This document shows, piece by piece, positions 54,566 to 64,000 of a stretch of DNA of 64,000 nt (position 1 is its first letter; the number at the start of each line of letters is the position of its first letter). The translations under genes were made by a program, and so were the position numbers. Origin of the DNA: Candidatus Poribacteria bacterium (GTDB lineage: Bacteria > Poribacteria > WGA-4E > WGA-3G). The notes below the pieces were generated by a model. It ran no database searches. It saw nothing but the letters and a program-made list of their open reading frames with translations, and was not told where the DNA came from. Location of the stretch: positions 4,096,001-4,160,000 of the forward strand of contig OZ242029.1 of the NCBI GenBank assembly GCA_965205015.1, in the 5' to 3' direction.

Positions 54566-55333
54566 ATGAAAAAAGCATTATTAATTCTCGGTGTGGTGTG
54601 TTTCAGTCTCATCACTGTTCACATCAGCACCGCTGAGATTGACTTTGAGACAGCAGTCGGCATCTGGCTCTTTGATGAAGGCAAAGGCGGTGAAGCTAAA
54701 GACATATCCGGTGAAGACAACCATGGCGAAGTCGTCAAAGCCCCATGGGTGGATGGAAAATTCGGCAAAGCCCTCGAATTTGATGGAAAATCCGGCTGTG
54801 TCAAGACGGGAGCGAAACTTCTTGAAGCTCTCGAAGAGTTCACTATTCTTGCATGGATACAAAGCACGGACGCTCCACCCGCTCGGACGGGACTCGTCGG
54901 ACAGAACAACGCACCGGAGTTCGGCTTTATTACGACGAATGAGCTGAGCCTCTGGACCCCCTCAGCTGGCCTGACGAATAATCCTTGGAAACACAAACAC
55001 GGTAATGGTGAATGGCATCACGTCGGGTGTGTCGCGACGCAGGAATACGTCCATACCTATATTGATGGTGAATATGCTGAGAAGAAGGGGAAGTGGGCGA
55101 ATCACGGCGCAGCTCCGTTTGACGTTAACATCGGTGGATGCGGTGTCTGGGATCCAGGCGGAAACTTTTTCCCAGGTCTCATGGACGAAGTCATGATTTT
55201 CCATTCAGCTTTGGAACAAGCAGATATTCAGGAGCTAATGGAAAAAGGTTACGTAAATTATTTGGCTGTTGACCCCAAAGACAAGCTCGGTACAACGTGG
55301 GGGCATCTTAAGGCAACGAACCATTTTAGGTAA
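54566..55333 (+). CDS. Secreted LamG/concanavalin-like domain protein with AVDP..KL.T.WG.LK tail
   Basis: WLFDEG, WVDGKFGKALEFDG, WHHV, YIDG, GLMDEV. Confidence 0.88.
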   Translation: MKKALLILGVVCFSLITVHISTAEIDFETAVGIWLFDEGKGGEAKDISGEDNHGEVVKAPWVDGKFGKALEFDGKSGCVKTGAKLLEALEEFTILAWIQSTDAPPARTGLVGQNNAPEFGFITTNELSLWTPSAGLTNNPWKHKHGNGEWHHVGCVATQEYVHTYIDGEYAEKKGKWANHGAAPFDVNIGGCGVWDPGGNFFPGLMDEVMIFHSALEQADIQELMEKGYVNYLAVDPKDKLGTTWGHLKATNHFR

Positions 55334-55354
55334 TAGCCTCCCCTTTTTTCAACG

Positions 55355-55401
55355 CTCATAGACGTACTGGGGTATCGTAAATTCCGCAGGGCGTCTATGA
55401 G
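55355..55401. terminator. Hairpin between convergent genes
   Basis: ctcatagacg...cgtctatgag. Confidence 0.4.
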
Positions 55402-55444
55402 TAACCTACCCGTTGACCCCCTCGCCTCACTCATACCCGCGCCT

Positions 55445-57040
55445 CTACTTTAATTCGTGCAGTTCTCTGAGTTTGTCTAACGCGACCTGATTCCCCGGTT
55501 CCAATTCTAAAATCCGTTCAAAGATGCCAATCGCCTCTGGAATATTTCCAAGTTCCTGATAAACAACACCCAGTGCACCATAAGCACGAACATGCGTCGC
55601 CTCAATTGCGATAACCCTTTTAAACAGTGAGACGGCTTCGAGATAGTCCTCCTTCATCAGCGAAATTAAGCCGAGTCTATAAATGGCTTGGACATCCGTT
55701 GTGTCATGCGTAATGACCTGTTTGTAGTGTGGCGCGGCTGCTGTATAACGCCGTTGTTTCCAGTAGGCCCCGGCAAGCTCACGATGCACGGAGAGTTGAG
55801 ACGGAACGAGTTTAAGTGCCGCCTGATAGTTCTGAATTGCCGCTTCCAGTTGCCCCGTGTTCTCATAGACGATCGCAAGATTCGCGTGGACATTTGCGAA
55901 AAAAGTGTCGTAATCCGAAGGGGTCGACTGTCCGTGAGATTTGCTATCTGTTTTATTTTTTTTAAACTGAAGTGCCATTTGACAGGCACGGATCGCTGCA
56001 GCAGTCTGTCGGTTTTCATAATAGATCTGTCCTATATAATTATACGCCTGCGCTTTCAAGTAGGCTATCTCGTCTGTACTTCTCTCCTTCTGAACCTCTA
56101 TATCCTTGTCGAGTAGCGACAGGAGGCGTTCTAAGACGGCTAAGGCTTCTTGGTGCCGTGCCGTATAGAGGAGCGAAACGCCATAATCGAACCAGACCTT
56201 TATATCTTTCTGTTCGTCTGAAATAAGCGGCTCAAACTCAGCGACAGCCCTCGCGTAATCCCCTTCCGACATATAACGCCGACCGCGTTCGGCATACAAC
56301 GGAGCAGTGACCCCCGCTTTAAGCACGTCCCACCACAAGGGATCTATCAATTCACCGTATTCGCTGGGGTTCCGAGCTGCCTGCGCGTGCTGTTTCGCTG
56401 CTTGTGTATCCCCCAGCGCGATAGCGACCTGTGCCATGAGGGCATGCGCTTCACTTTGTCTCGGATTCAAGCGGAGTGCCTTCTCCAGATGTGTCCGAGC
56501 AAGTTTCATCTGCCGTTTTGCCAGTGCAATTTCGCCGAGCCAGAGTTCGGAGAATGGATTGTTCGGTTGGAGACGTTTAGCGTGTTCTAAATGTTGTTCT
56601 GCTTCATCGAATTTCCCCAAGATACGGAGCGCGGAAGCGAGATAGAGATGCGCAGGTGCGGATGTTGAATCCAAGGTCAGCGCACGGGTGAGATGTTTCA
56701 CTGCGTCCTCGGGTTGACGCTGCTTCGTCAAACGTCCAAGAAAGTAGAGCCACTTGAATTCATCAGGTGCGAGTTTGCTTGCTTGATGATAACACGGTAT
56801 TGCTGGTACCTCCCACCCGTGGCTGAGGTAGATATGCCCCAACTGGCCCCAGACCTCCGCAGTATTGGGAGACTTCCGGACCGCTTTTTGAGCGTTTTCA
56901 ATCGCCTCTATAAGCGGTTTTTCCTCAACCAAATCGAGATCCGCAGGTTCAGGAATATCAAGGTTTCCACCAGCAAATGTCGGGATATTGATCAGGATAA
57001 AAAGAAAAAGAGCAATGATATAAGCGGACAATTTCTTCAA
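55445..57040 (-). CDS. Exported TPR protein
   Basis: Signal peptide, multiple TPRs; overlaps the upstream FG-GAP gene stop. Confidence 0.85.
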   Translation of the reverse strand: MKKLSAYIIALFLFILINIPTFAGGNLDIPEPADLDLVEEKPLIEAIENAQKAVRKSPNTAEVWGQLGHIYLSHGWEVPAIPCYHQASKLAPDEFKWLYFLGRLTKQRQPEDAVKHLTRALTLDSTSAPAHLYLASALRILGKFDEAEQHLEHAKRLQPNNPFSELWLGEIALAKRQMKLARTHLEKALRLNPRQSEAHALMAQVAIALGDTQAAKQHAQAARNPSEYGELIDPLWWDVLKAGVTAPLYAERGRRYMSEGDYARAVAEFEPLISDEQKDIKVWFDYGVSLLYTARHQEALAVLERLLSLLDKDIEVQKERSTDEIAYLKAQAYNYIGQIYYENRQTAAAIRACQMALQFKKNKTDSKSHGQSTPSDYDTFFANVHANLAIVYENTGQLEAAIQNYQAALKLVPSQLSVHRELAGAYWKQRRYTAAAPHYKQVITHDTTDVQAIYRLGLISLMKEDYLEAVSLFKRVIAIEATHVRAYGALGVVYQELGNIPEAIGIFERILELEPGNQVALDKLRELHELK

Positions 57041-58761
57041 AAAGACACCCCCCTTCCTTGATAAACCATCACACGTTGATTGATGCTTGCTCCCGGAAAT
57101 CTTTCACGACTCCCATCTTGCCAGTGCACTTCAATCGCTTGAATTGCATCGATTGTCCCCAACCCGAAATGTACGCTCGGTTCACTGCTACTGAGATAAC
57201 TCGTACCCGATAGCACATACCCCGTGAATGCGTGTGATGCTGTCCGGAGTGTCACTTGCGCGCCAAGTGCATCGCGATTTTGAGTGATCGCCCGCACGGA
57301 AAGATAGTGATGTTGTGGCGGTGGTGCATCGTTTCGGAAAAGACGGAGCCGATTGTCGAGACCGCTCACCACCATATCGATATCACCGTCTCTATCAATA
57401 TCGCCGAAAGCCATTCCACGGCTGACTTCGATCCGTTCCGTGAAATTGGGGGCACGCGAACTCGCATCGGTGAAAGCAATACGTTGTCCGGAATCTGAGT
57501 TCCCTCCTACAGGATCTGTCTGAGAATTTTGAAAGAGAAGATTCGGTTCGGCGTAGAAATTCCAGAATTCACCAGTGTTCGCACCCTCAAGGACAGGACC
57601 GCGCTTCACCCGACCGTTGACGAGCGCGATGTCCAGATCGGTATCGTTGTCGAAATCCACGAAACCGCATCCAAATCCTGTAAAGGGTAGATCGCGCCCG
57701 GCGAATCCCGCCCTCTCTGTCATATCAACGAATACAGAGAAGGTGGAAGTCGTATAAAATGTATTTGTTTCACCAGACAGGTGCGTTATAAACAGATCGG
57801 GACGCATATCACCGTTGACATCGCCAACGGCGATCCCCATGCTCCCTTCGGGTTGTCCATAGGTGTTAAACGCCAGACCGTACAGTATGGCTTCCTCAGC
57901 AAAAGTGCCATCCTTCTGGTTCACATAGAGTTGGTTCGCTTCCCCGTCGTTGGCGACATAAAAATCCGCCCAACCATCACCCGTTAAATCGAGACACACA
58001 ACACCGAGGCCTCTGCCGGGCATTGTAGCGATTCCTGCCTGTTGTGATACGTCTGTAAATGTGCCATCACCGTTGTTTCGGAATAAGCGATCCGCGGCGG
58101 GTTCAAAGACCTGTGGATTGCAGTAATCCGGGGCACCATGTTTTCCGCGACAGACCGCCTCTGAATCGAATTTAACGTAGTTGGCGACGTAGAGATCGAG
58201 GTACCCGTCTCTGTCATAATCGCCAAAGGTCGCAGATGTTCCCCACGCTTCGTTTGAGAGTCCCGTTTCCTGTAGTGTAAACGTTCCATCACCGTTGTTA
58301 CGGTAGAAGACATCCGCACCGTAGTTCGTCATATAGACATCCGCGTCCCCATCATTGTCCACATCCCCGATTGCGACGCCTTGTCCATAACCTTCATGTC
58401 CGATGCCAGCGGTTTCTGTAACGTCAACAAACGTTCCATCGGTCTGTTGTCGAAAAAGTCGATTCGAGGCAGGGGCACCCCCAATGGATGCCCCTACATC
58501 GGGTGCTGGAAATCGGATGTGCAGGATATCGAGGGCATCATCGTTGTTGTAATCAAACAGGGCAACTCCACTTCCGATTACCTCCGGTAGGGCGTACGTC
58601 CCCGCCTGCCAAGGTGTTTCTGTCTGTGTGAAACCGAGCGCAGCGGTCACTTCCGTAAAAAAGGGTTTATCCGTCTCCGCGCTGGAGACGGTGGTGAGGT
58701 TGGGAAACCTCGCCAGCAGCGTAATGAGGATGAGTGTTATGACGTATGACTTCGTGAACAT
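57037..58761 (-). CDS. CRTAC1-like FG-GAP/ASPIC-UnbV protein
   Basis: Repeated GDxDxDGxxD motifs, FTDV, C-terminal YLSSSEPSVHFGLG...EVHW. Confidence 0.9.
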   Translation of the reverse strand: MFTKSYVITLILITLLARFPNLTTVSSAETDKPFFTEVTAALGFTQTETPWQAGTYALPEVIGSGVALFDYNNDDALDILHIRFPAPDVGASIGGAPASNRLFRQQTDGTFVDVTETAGIGHEGYGQGVAIGDVDNDGDADVYMTNYGADVFYRNNGDGTFTLQETGLSNEAWGTSATFGDYDRDGYLDLYVANYVKFDSEAVCRGKHGAPDYCNPQVFEPAADRLFRNNGDGTFTDVSQQAGIATMPGRGLGVVCLDLTGDGWADFYVANDGEANQLYVNQKDGTFAEEAILYGLAFNTYGQPEGSMGIAVGDVNGDMRPDLFITHLSGETNTFYTTSTFSVFVDMTERAGFAGRDLPFTGFGCGFVDFDNDTDLDIALVNGRVKRGPVLEGANTGEFWNFYAEPNLLFQNSQTDPVGGNSDSGQRIAFTDASSRAPNFTERIEVSRGMAFGDIDRDGDIDMVVSGLDNRLRLFRNDAPPPQHHYLSVRAITQNRDALGAQVTLRTASHAFTGYVLSGTSYLSSSEPSVHFGLGTIDAIQAIEVHWQDGSRERFPGASINQRVMVYQGRGVSF

Positions 58762-58794
58762 ATCATTATCTCAAATGATGCAGGTTGTCACCTC

Positions 58795-58850
58795 GTAGCA
58801 TAGACTGTTCGTCTGCGCATAAGCAGGCGCAACCTAACAGGATACGCTAC
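58795..58850. repeat. Inverted pair of GTAG-type REP palindromes
   Basis: gtagcatagactgttcgtctgcg ... gcgcaacctaacaggatacgctac. Confidence 0.6.
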
Positions 58851-58914
58851 AAACAACCTATAACCTGTAACTCTTAACTTATAACCTTTTGGGTTCAAAT
58901 ACAATAACAGTCTC

Positions 58915-60186
58915 TTAAGCTAAAATTACAAACGCTAACCGCCGATGTGCTTCACGTAATGCCGCTTCCACCGCCTCCGGTGTTTCCGCGCGAGCGAAAA
59001 TGAAACCGAGGTATCGCGCACCCTCTGGCAGGGGGACGACCTCTCCACCAATGGGGATTGTGATGTTGACCTCTACGATACCCTCCACGCAGTGCGCCGC
59101 TGTTTTGCCGCGCACTTCGCCTAAGATACCCGCTTTCGGTACAGGGATCATCATCACGCCTGCTGCCTGCTGCTCCCGCTGTAATTCCTCCACCTGCTGT
59201 CCAATCGCATGTCGGATAACGAGTTCCTCCAGCGACATCCCTGTTCCGAACCTTAGGGTCCTGGCACAGAGTCCACCAATCGTCCGCGCAGCGATCTCGA
59301 TCAGGTGTGCCCCTTTATCGTTGTAGCGGAGTTCGGCGTGGATCGGTCCGTGTTTTAACCCCAGCGCGTGGGCGGCTTCTGCAGTCGCTCGATGCAATGC
59401 CTCTTGGACCTCCATTGACAGACGGGAGGGTGTAACATAGAGGGTCTCTTCAAAAAAGGGACCTTCCAGTGGATCGGGTTTATCAAAAAGCGCGAGTGTC
59501 TTCAACTCACCGTCTAACAGGATGCCTTCGAGCGCCACCTCTATACCCGGGATATAGTCCTCAACGAGTAGGTATTGTGCAGGAGGGGCTTCGGATTTTT
59601 GTAAGGTTCGGAGCAGTTTCGCTGTCCGTTGGAAGGCTTCAATAAATTCAGCGGGTGTATCTGCCCTGATGACACCGCGGCTGGCGGACAGGGACAACGG
59701 CTTAATAATACACGGAAACCGTACGTGTGTATCTGGACTGTAGGGGTTGGGTAACCCAATCCCCACGATCTCAGCAGGATTGTCCTCAATGGAAAAGCGT
59801 TGATAGGCAGGCACCGACACGCCGTTTGTCGCCAATGTGTGCCGCAAGAGATACTTATTGCGGGTCGCTTTTGCGGAATCAACGGGATTGTGCGGGAGCT
59901 CCAACGCTTCTGACGCTGTCGTTGCCAGGAGCGTCGTATCGTCATCAACCCCGACTATTGCCGCGATTGGATAGGTCTCGGCGAATTCAACAATTGTCTG
60001 TGTTGCAGCAGACGGCGCGCTGAAGTCGAGCACAAGCGTCTGTCGCGGTGATACATCTGCTGTCGTCGCCGCTTCCTCTGATGCGACAACGACCTCCACA
60101 TTCAACTTCAGAGCGGCTTCGAGGAAATCCGTCGCTCGGTAGGTCCGTGTTGGTAGAAGTAGGAGGACGCGCTGTTTATGAGTCAT
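58915..60186 (-). CDS. ATP-grasp ligase (L-amino-acid ligase-like)
   Basis: RNKYLLR, FPCIIKP..LSASRGV, VEDYIPG.E, HAE, IEIAARTIGG. Confidence 0.88.
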   Translation of the reverse strand: MTHKQRVLLLLPTRTYRATDFLEAALKLNVEVVVASEEAATTADVSPRQTLVLDFSAPSAATQTIVEFAETYPIAAIVGVDDDTTLLATTASEALELPHNPVDSAKATRNKYLLRHTLATNGVSVPAYQRFSIEDNPAEIVGIGLPNPYSPDTHVRFPCIIKPLSLSASRGVIRADTPAEFIEAFQRTAKLLRTLQKSEAPPAQYLLVEDYIPGIEVALEGILLDGELKTLALFDKPDPLEGPFFEETLYVTPSRLSMEVQEALHRATAEAAHALGLKHGPIHAELRYNDKGAHLIEIAARTIGGLCARTLRFGTGMSLEELVIRHAIGQQVEELQREQQAAGVMMIPVPKAGILGEVRGKTAAHCVEGIVEVNITIPIGGEVVPLPEGARYLGFIFARAETPEAVEAALREAHRRLAFVILA

Positions 60187-60319
60187 CAGTTATTGGTTAT
60201 CAGCGTAATTAACTTTCAGGCACCAGTTATCAGAAGTTGAAAGTTGCGAAGTGGTGCCTTCCTAACTTCCTAACTTTAGCACACTTCTTAACTTTCCGAT
60301 TCCTATAAAACTGATTGCG

Positions 60320-61279
60320 CTAACCGTTTCGGGAACCGCGTAACAACTTCTGATACTCCGCATGGGCATTCTGCGGATCGTCCTCACCATCAAGCACACG
60401 TCGCAGGCACTGTACAAAGCCTATCGGTTCATCTTCACCGAAGATAGTGCGTCCGAATAGAATGGCACGTCCGCCGTTGCTAACAACGTTGTGCGCAAGT
60501 GCAAATGTGCTACGCGCATTTTGACGGGGACCACCCAATGCGCCAATCACCAACGTCGTATCGAACTGACACAACTCGGTCCAGACGTCGGCGGTCGTAT
60601 AGGCGGTTTTGATAAAGCGCGGGCGTTGGTGTTTTCGGAGATAACTCATCGTGCGGACGATGGAATCGGCGACGTACATACCCCGCTTCTCCTCATCCAT
60701 CCCCGGCATTTTTACATTCGGTAAAAACACCTCTAAAAGATGATCAAAGCCCTCAATTTCACCCACGACATGTGCGAACTGCACATACGCTTGTAGCATG
60801 CGTTCATCAGCGATCGGATCGTTGTTGAGCGTAATGGAGTACAACCCAAGGCTCACTCGACATTCCAGCGCAGGACCGATGAGTGCCTCACAATAGCGTT
60901 GCATGTCCTCTGGAAACACTGTCTGAAACGGCATTGACAGCCGCGAGGTATAGACGCCAAACCTCGGATTCCAGATAGCCGTCTCTGAGTTCATCCGGAC
61001 GATTGGCGTGATCGGTGTGTCTTCAAACAGATTTTCTTCAAGCGCGAGGATTTCTGCATCGGCGGGGGTCATTAGGAGCCCGTCTAATTTGCCATCTGCA
61101 ACGAGGTCGCGCTGGAGTTGCAAAAACTCTGCGTGTGTTCGGTAGTGCGGTTTCGGGTGTTGTACTTGTCCAAGCCCTTTAATCCCGGCAGATGCGAGCG
61201 GATCCGCCGCAAAAACCAGAATCGGGCTATGGGCAAGTAAATCCTTATCAGCAAGTTTGTCAAATATCCGGTTACCCAT
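60320..61279 (-). CDS. Class I aldolase-like TIM-barrel protein
   Basis: FAADP, LLEVF, FIKTAY (Schiff-base Lys position), LGGP, GGRAILFGRTIF; GGAGG SD. Confidence 0.65.
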   Translation of the reverse strand: MGNRIFDKLADKDLLAHSPILVFAADPLASAGIKGLGQVQHPKPHYRTHAEFLQLQRDLVADGKLDGLLMTPADAEILALEENLFEDTPITPIVRMNSETAIWNPRFGVYTSRLSMPFQTVFPEDMQRYCEALIGPALECRVSLGLYSITLNNDPIADERMLQAYVQFAHVVGEIEGFDHLLEVFLPNVKMPGMDEEKRGMYVADSIVRTMSYLRKHQRPRFIKTAYTTADVWTELCQFDTTLVIGALGGPRQNARSTFALAHNVVSNGGRAILFGRTIFGEDEPIGFVQCLRRVLDGEDDPQNAHAEYQKLLRGSRNG

Positions 61280-61461
61280 TTTTAATATATTGCCTCCTGG
61301 GCTGCGCGTCTGACACGGGTCTCTTATAGAGACTTGCAGGACAATGTTTCGCGCAGGTCCCCGATCATCCTATACGGATCTTTTAGATACTATAAATACG
61401 GCATTGCGTTAGAGTGCTTAGAAGGAATGATGTTTAAACATTTCTTTCTATTCAGATTAAA

Positions 61462-61487
61462 ACCCCGTAGGGGTGATATGTCTATAG
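61462..61487 (+). repeat. GCCCC-family REP palindrome overlapping the priA stop codon
   Basis: accccgtaggggtgatatgtctatag; its CTATAG reads Leu-stop on the minus strand. Confidence 0.65.
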
Positions 61488-63995
61488 GATACTCGTTGGA
61501 TCGATGTCTATCACAAACTCAATAGCATTCGATTTAATAGCGACGGGTGGCTCGTCAGTTAGGTGCTTAAGGAGTTGACTGATTCTTACAACGGAGTTGC
61601 TTCGAAGTAAAAAGTGCCACCGAAATTTCCCTTCGATTTTCGAGAGGGGTGCTGGGGCGGGACCGAGAATCTCCACCTCGGTCTCGCCGACGTCGTTTGC
61701 TGCCTCATCTAACGGAGCGGTAGGGGGTTGATCTGCTATCCAAACCTGAAGTTGATCTCGGACAGCGTATGCGGCCTCTTCAACCTGTTTTTCGTCCTTG
61801 CCGCGAAGCAGAAGCGTCCCGACATGTGAGAACGGTGGATACTGTAAAACCCCGCGGGCTTCGACCTCCTGCGCATAGAAATTGAGGTAGTCGTGCTTTT
61901 GTGCGGCGGAGATACAGTAGTGTTCAGGCATATAGGTCTGAATGATGACCTTCCCTTCAAGTTCAGCACGTCCAGAACGTCCAGCGACCTGTGTCAACAG
62001 GCTAAACGTCTGCTCACTCGCCCGAAAGTCAGGTAAATTCAAGCTGGTATCCGCGGTGATAACCCCGACAAGTGTGACATTCGGGAAGTCTAAACCCTTT
62101 GACACCATCTGTGTGCCTATCAGGATATCAATCTGCTGCTGCTCAAATGTCTCTAAAATCTGCTGATGTGCGTTTTTCCGTGCTGTTGAATCGGCATCAA
62201 ACCGCTTCACGCGTGCCTGTGGGAACGCTTTCCGTACCTCTTGTTCGACAGCCTCCGTCCCCAACCCAAAATAGCGAATGGCGGGGCTGCTGCACTGTGG
62301 ACAGGTCGGATGCGTCGGACGTTTATCACCACAGTGGTGACAAACGAGGCGTTTCGTCTCAAAGTGAAAAGTCAATGAGATAGAGCAATTTTCGCAGCGT
62401 TCAACATAACCGCAAGTTCGGCAGAAGACATAAGTGGAATGCCCACGTCTGTTAAGAAACAGGATAATTTGCTCTTGCCTTTCCAATCGTTCTTCAATCG
62501 AATTTCGGAGGACATCTGAAAAGATCGTCCTGTTGCCCTTTTTCAATTCAGTCCGCATATCAACGATGTGGACATCGGGCATTTTTCTATTAAGAACGCG
62601 GTCTGGCAGACTGAGAAGCCGATAACGCCCACTTTTCGCACGATGAAAACTCTCAAGGGATGGTGTCGCACTCCCAAGGACGACAGGACAGTTGGCGAGC
62701 TCACCCCGCTTCTGCGCGACATCCCGTGCGTGGTAGCGCGGGACGGTATCCGACTTATAGGAATCCGAATGTTCTTCGTCTATAATCAGCATACCCAGTT
62801 CTTTCACTGGGGCAAAGACGGCAGAACGGGGACCAATCACAATGTCTGCTTCCCCGTTTCGGATACGATGCCACTGATCATAGCGTTCCCCATCGCTCAA
62901 CCGACTGTGCAGTAATGCCACCCGTTCCCCGAATCGCCCAACAAATCGAGAAGCCGCCTGCGGTGTAAGCGATATTTCTGGGACTAATACGATGACAGAT
63001 TTCCCGCTTCCAAGGACTTCTGTCATTGCTTGCATGTAGACCTCGGTTTTTCCGCTTCCCGTTACGCCGTGTAGCAGGAAAGTGGGCGCACGTTCCGCAG
63101 TGGAGGACGCCGCCATCGTCTGGCCGACAAGTCTATTTTGGATCTCCGCGAATGCCATCGATTGTGCAGAATTCAGGTGATGGGGTTGTGTAGCAGTAAT
63201 CGGCTCAGAACCCAAAGGATTCCGAACGGCTTGTGCACGTGTGATATGAAGAAAACCCCGTCTTTCAAGCGTGCGGAGCAGAGAGATACTGGCATTGACG
63301 CGTTTGGTTAAATCGGCTGTCGCCAATGGAACACCTTCGTCAAGCAGGAGGCGCAGTATTTCGGCATGCTTGGCGGCGGCAACGTGCCGACGGTTGCCTG
63401 GGTGCTTACCAGAGGAATTTTCAGAACCGTCCGCCTCGCCCTTGAGTCGATCTATTTCCGCTTCAATATCAGCAGGCGTTAAAGCTAAAGTTGCTACAGA
63501 GGTTAACTGCGTGTTGGCTTTCGGTTTGTGGGTGATATCAAGGCTAACGATACCTTTTTCTTGGAGCGCGGTAATCTTCGGACGGAGGTTTTGGTAACTG
63601 ACCCCCATACGTCGGGCAAGTTGATTCAGAGACAGCTCACCTTCTGCTTCTAAAAGTGCGACGAGTTGCTTTTGCACCTTTCCCCGTGGGGCAGGTGCTC
63701 CCGATAAGAGTTGGACCTTCTGTTCTTTCTGTGTTCGCACAGCAGCGGGCACGGCACAAAAGAGCGAGAGACCCCACGAGCAGACATAATATTCCGCCAT
63801 CCATTTGGTAAGGGCAAGCAGTTCAGTGGAGAACGTCGGGATTTTCTCAAGACAGGTGGAAATATTCTTGATGATGCCGGGGGCGAGATCGGTTTCATCG
63901 AGGCGTTCAACGACAACGCCTTCCTGACGTGTCCCCCGGAAAGGCGCTAACACTCGGGTTCCGAGTTGTAAAGCGGCATCCATCTGCGGCGGCAC
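61482..63995 (-). CDS. priA: Primosomal protein N' (PriA); 5' end beyond the window
   Basis: GVTGSGKTEVY, VPEISLTPQ, DEEH, GSATPS, four CxxC, GTQMVSKGLDF, QVAGRSGR, GPAPAP. Confidence 0.97.
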   Translation of the reverse strand: MPPQMDAALQLGTRVLAPFRGTRQEGVVVERLDETDLAPGIIKNISTCLEKIPTFSTELLALTKWMAEYYVCSWGLSLFCAVPAAVRTQKEQKVQLLSGAPAPRGKVQKQLVALLEAEGELSLNQLARRMGVSYQNLRPKITALQEKGIVSLDITHKPKANTQLTSVATLALTPADIEAEIDRLKGEADGSENSSGKHPGNRRHVAAAKHAEILRLLLDEGVPLATADLTKRVNASISLLRTLERRGFLHITRAQAVRNPLGSEPITATQPHHLNSAQSMAFAEIQNRLVGQTMAASSTAERAPTFLLHGVTGSGKTEVYMQAMTEVLGSGKSVIVLVPEISLTPQAASRFVGRFGERVALLHSRLSDGERYDQWHRIRNGEADIVIGPRSAVFAPVKELGMLIIDEEHSDSYKSDTVPRYHARDVAQKRGELANCPVVLGSATPSLESFHRAKSGRYRLLSLPDRVLNRKMPDVHIVDMRTELKKGNRTIFSDVLRNSIEERLERQEQIILFLNRRGHSTYVFCRTCGYVERCENCSISLTFHFETKRLVCHHCGDKRPTHPTCPQCSSPAIRYFGLGTEAVEQEVRKAFPQARVKRFDADSTARKNAHQQILETFEQQQIDILIGTQMVSKGLDFPNVTLVGVITADTSLNLPDFRASEQTFSLLTQVAGRSGRAELEGKVIIQTYMPEHYCISAAQKHDYLNFYAQEVEARGVLQYPPFSHVGTLLLRGKDEKQVEEAAYAVRDQLQVWIADQPPTAPLDEAANDVGETEVEILGPAPAPLSKIEGKFRWHFLLRSNSVVRISQLLKHLTDEPPVAIKSNAIEFVIDIDPTSIL

Positions 63996-64000
63996 ACCGT

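Noticed and set aside
1-64000. tRNA/rRNA genes, including tRNA-Sec
   Set aside because: No cloverleaf with a T-loop or rRNA-like segment recognised by eye; tRNAscan-SE or Aragorn would be decisive

Overview
Bacterial chromosome segment of roughly 50% GC, most likely Candidatus Poribacteria or a relative. This is inferred from the LQNYPNPFNPETWIPY FlgD/T9SS-like C-terminal domains, the AV(E/D)PxxKLxTxWGxLK C-terminal tails, the EutN pair and the dense intergenic repeats. Housekeeping genes (thrC-like, hemW, ribD-ribE-ribBA-ribH, hisH, a histidine kinase/NtrC pair, ndk, priA) are interleaved with secreted repeat proteins, a C25/PorU-like peptidase and accessory defence DNA. The accessory DNA comprises HigBA, two orphan antitoxins, a helicase-less type ISP/IIG RM enzyme, an IS200/605 tnpB, and a 39.3-51.5 kb defence island. 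That island has a PLD-helicase plus N6-MTase pair behind a C12-tract leader ORF, followed by the most unusual locus: a TIR-TIR-(~24 TPR)-UPF0175 antitoxin fusion gene directly upstream of a DUF3368 PIN nuclease. Also found: a selenoprotein the ORF track missed (in-frame UGA plus SECIS-like hairpin), REP-like palindromes inserted in frame inside genes, composite inverted repeats bracketing accessory cargo, and a structured 5' leader of an ankyrin gene. No rRNA, tRNA or CRISPR array was seen. All family calls come from motifs read by eye, not from database searches.
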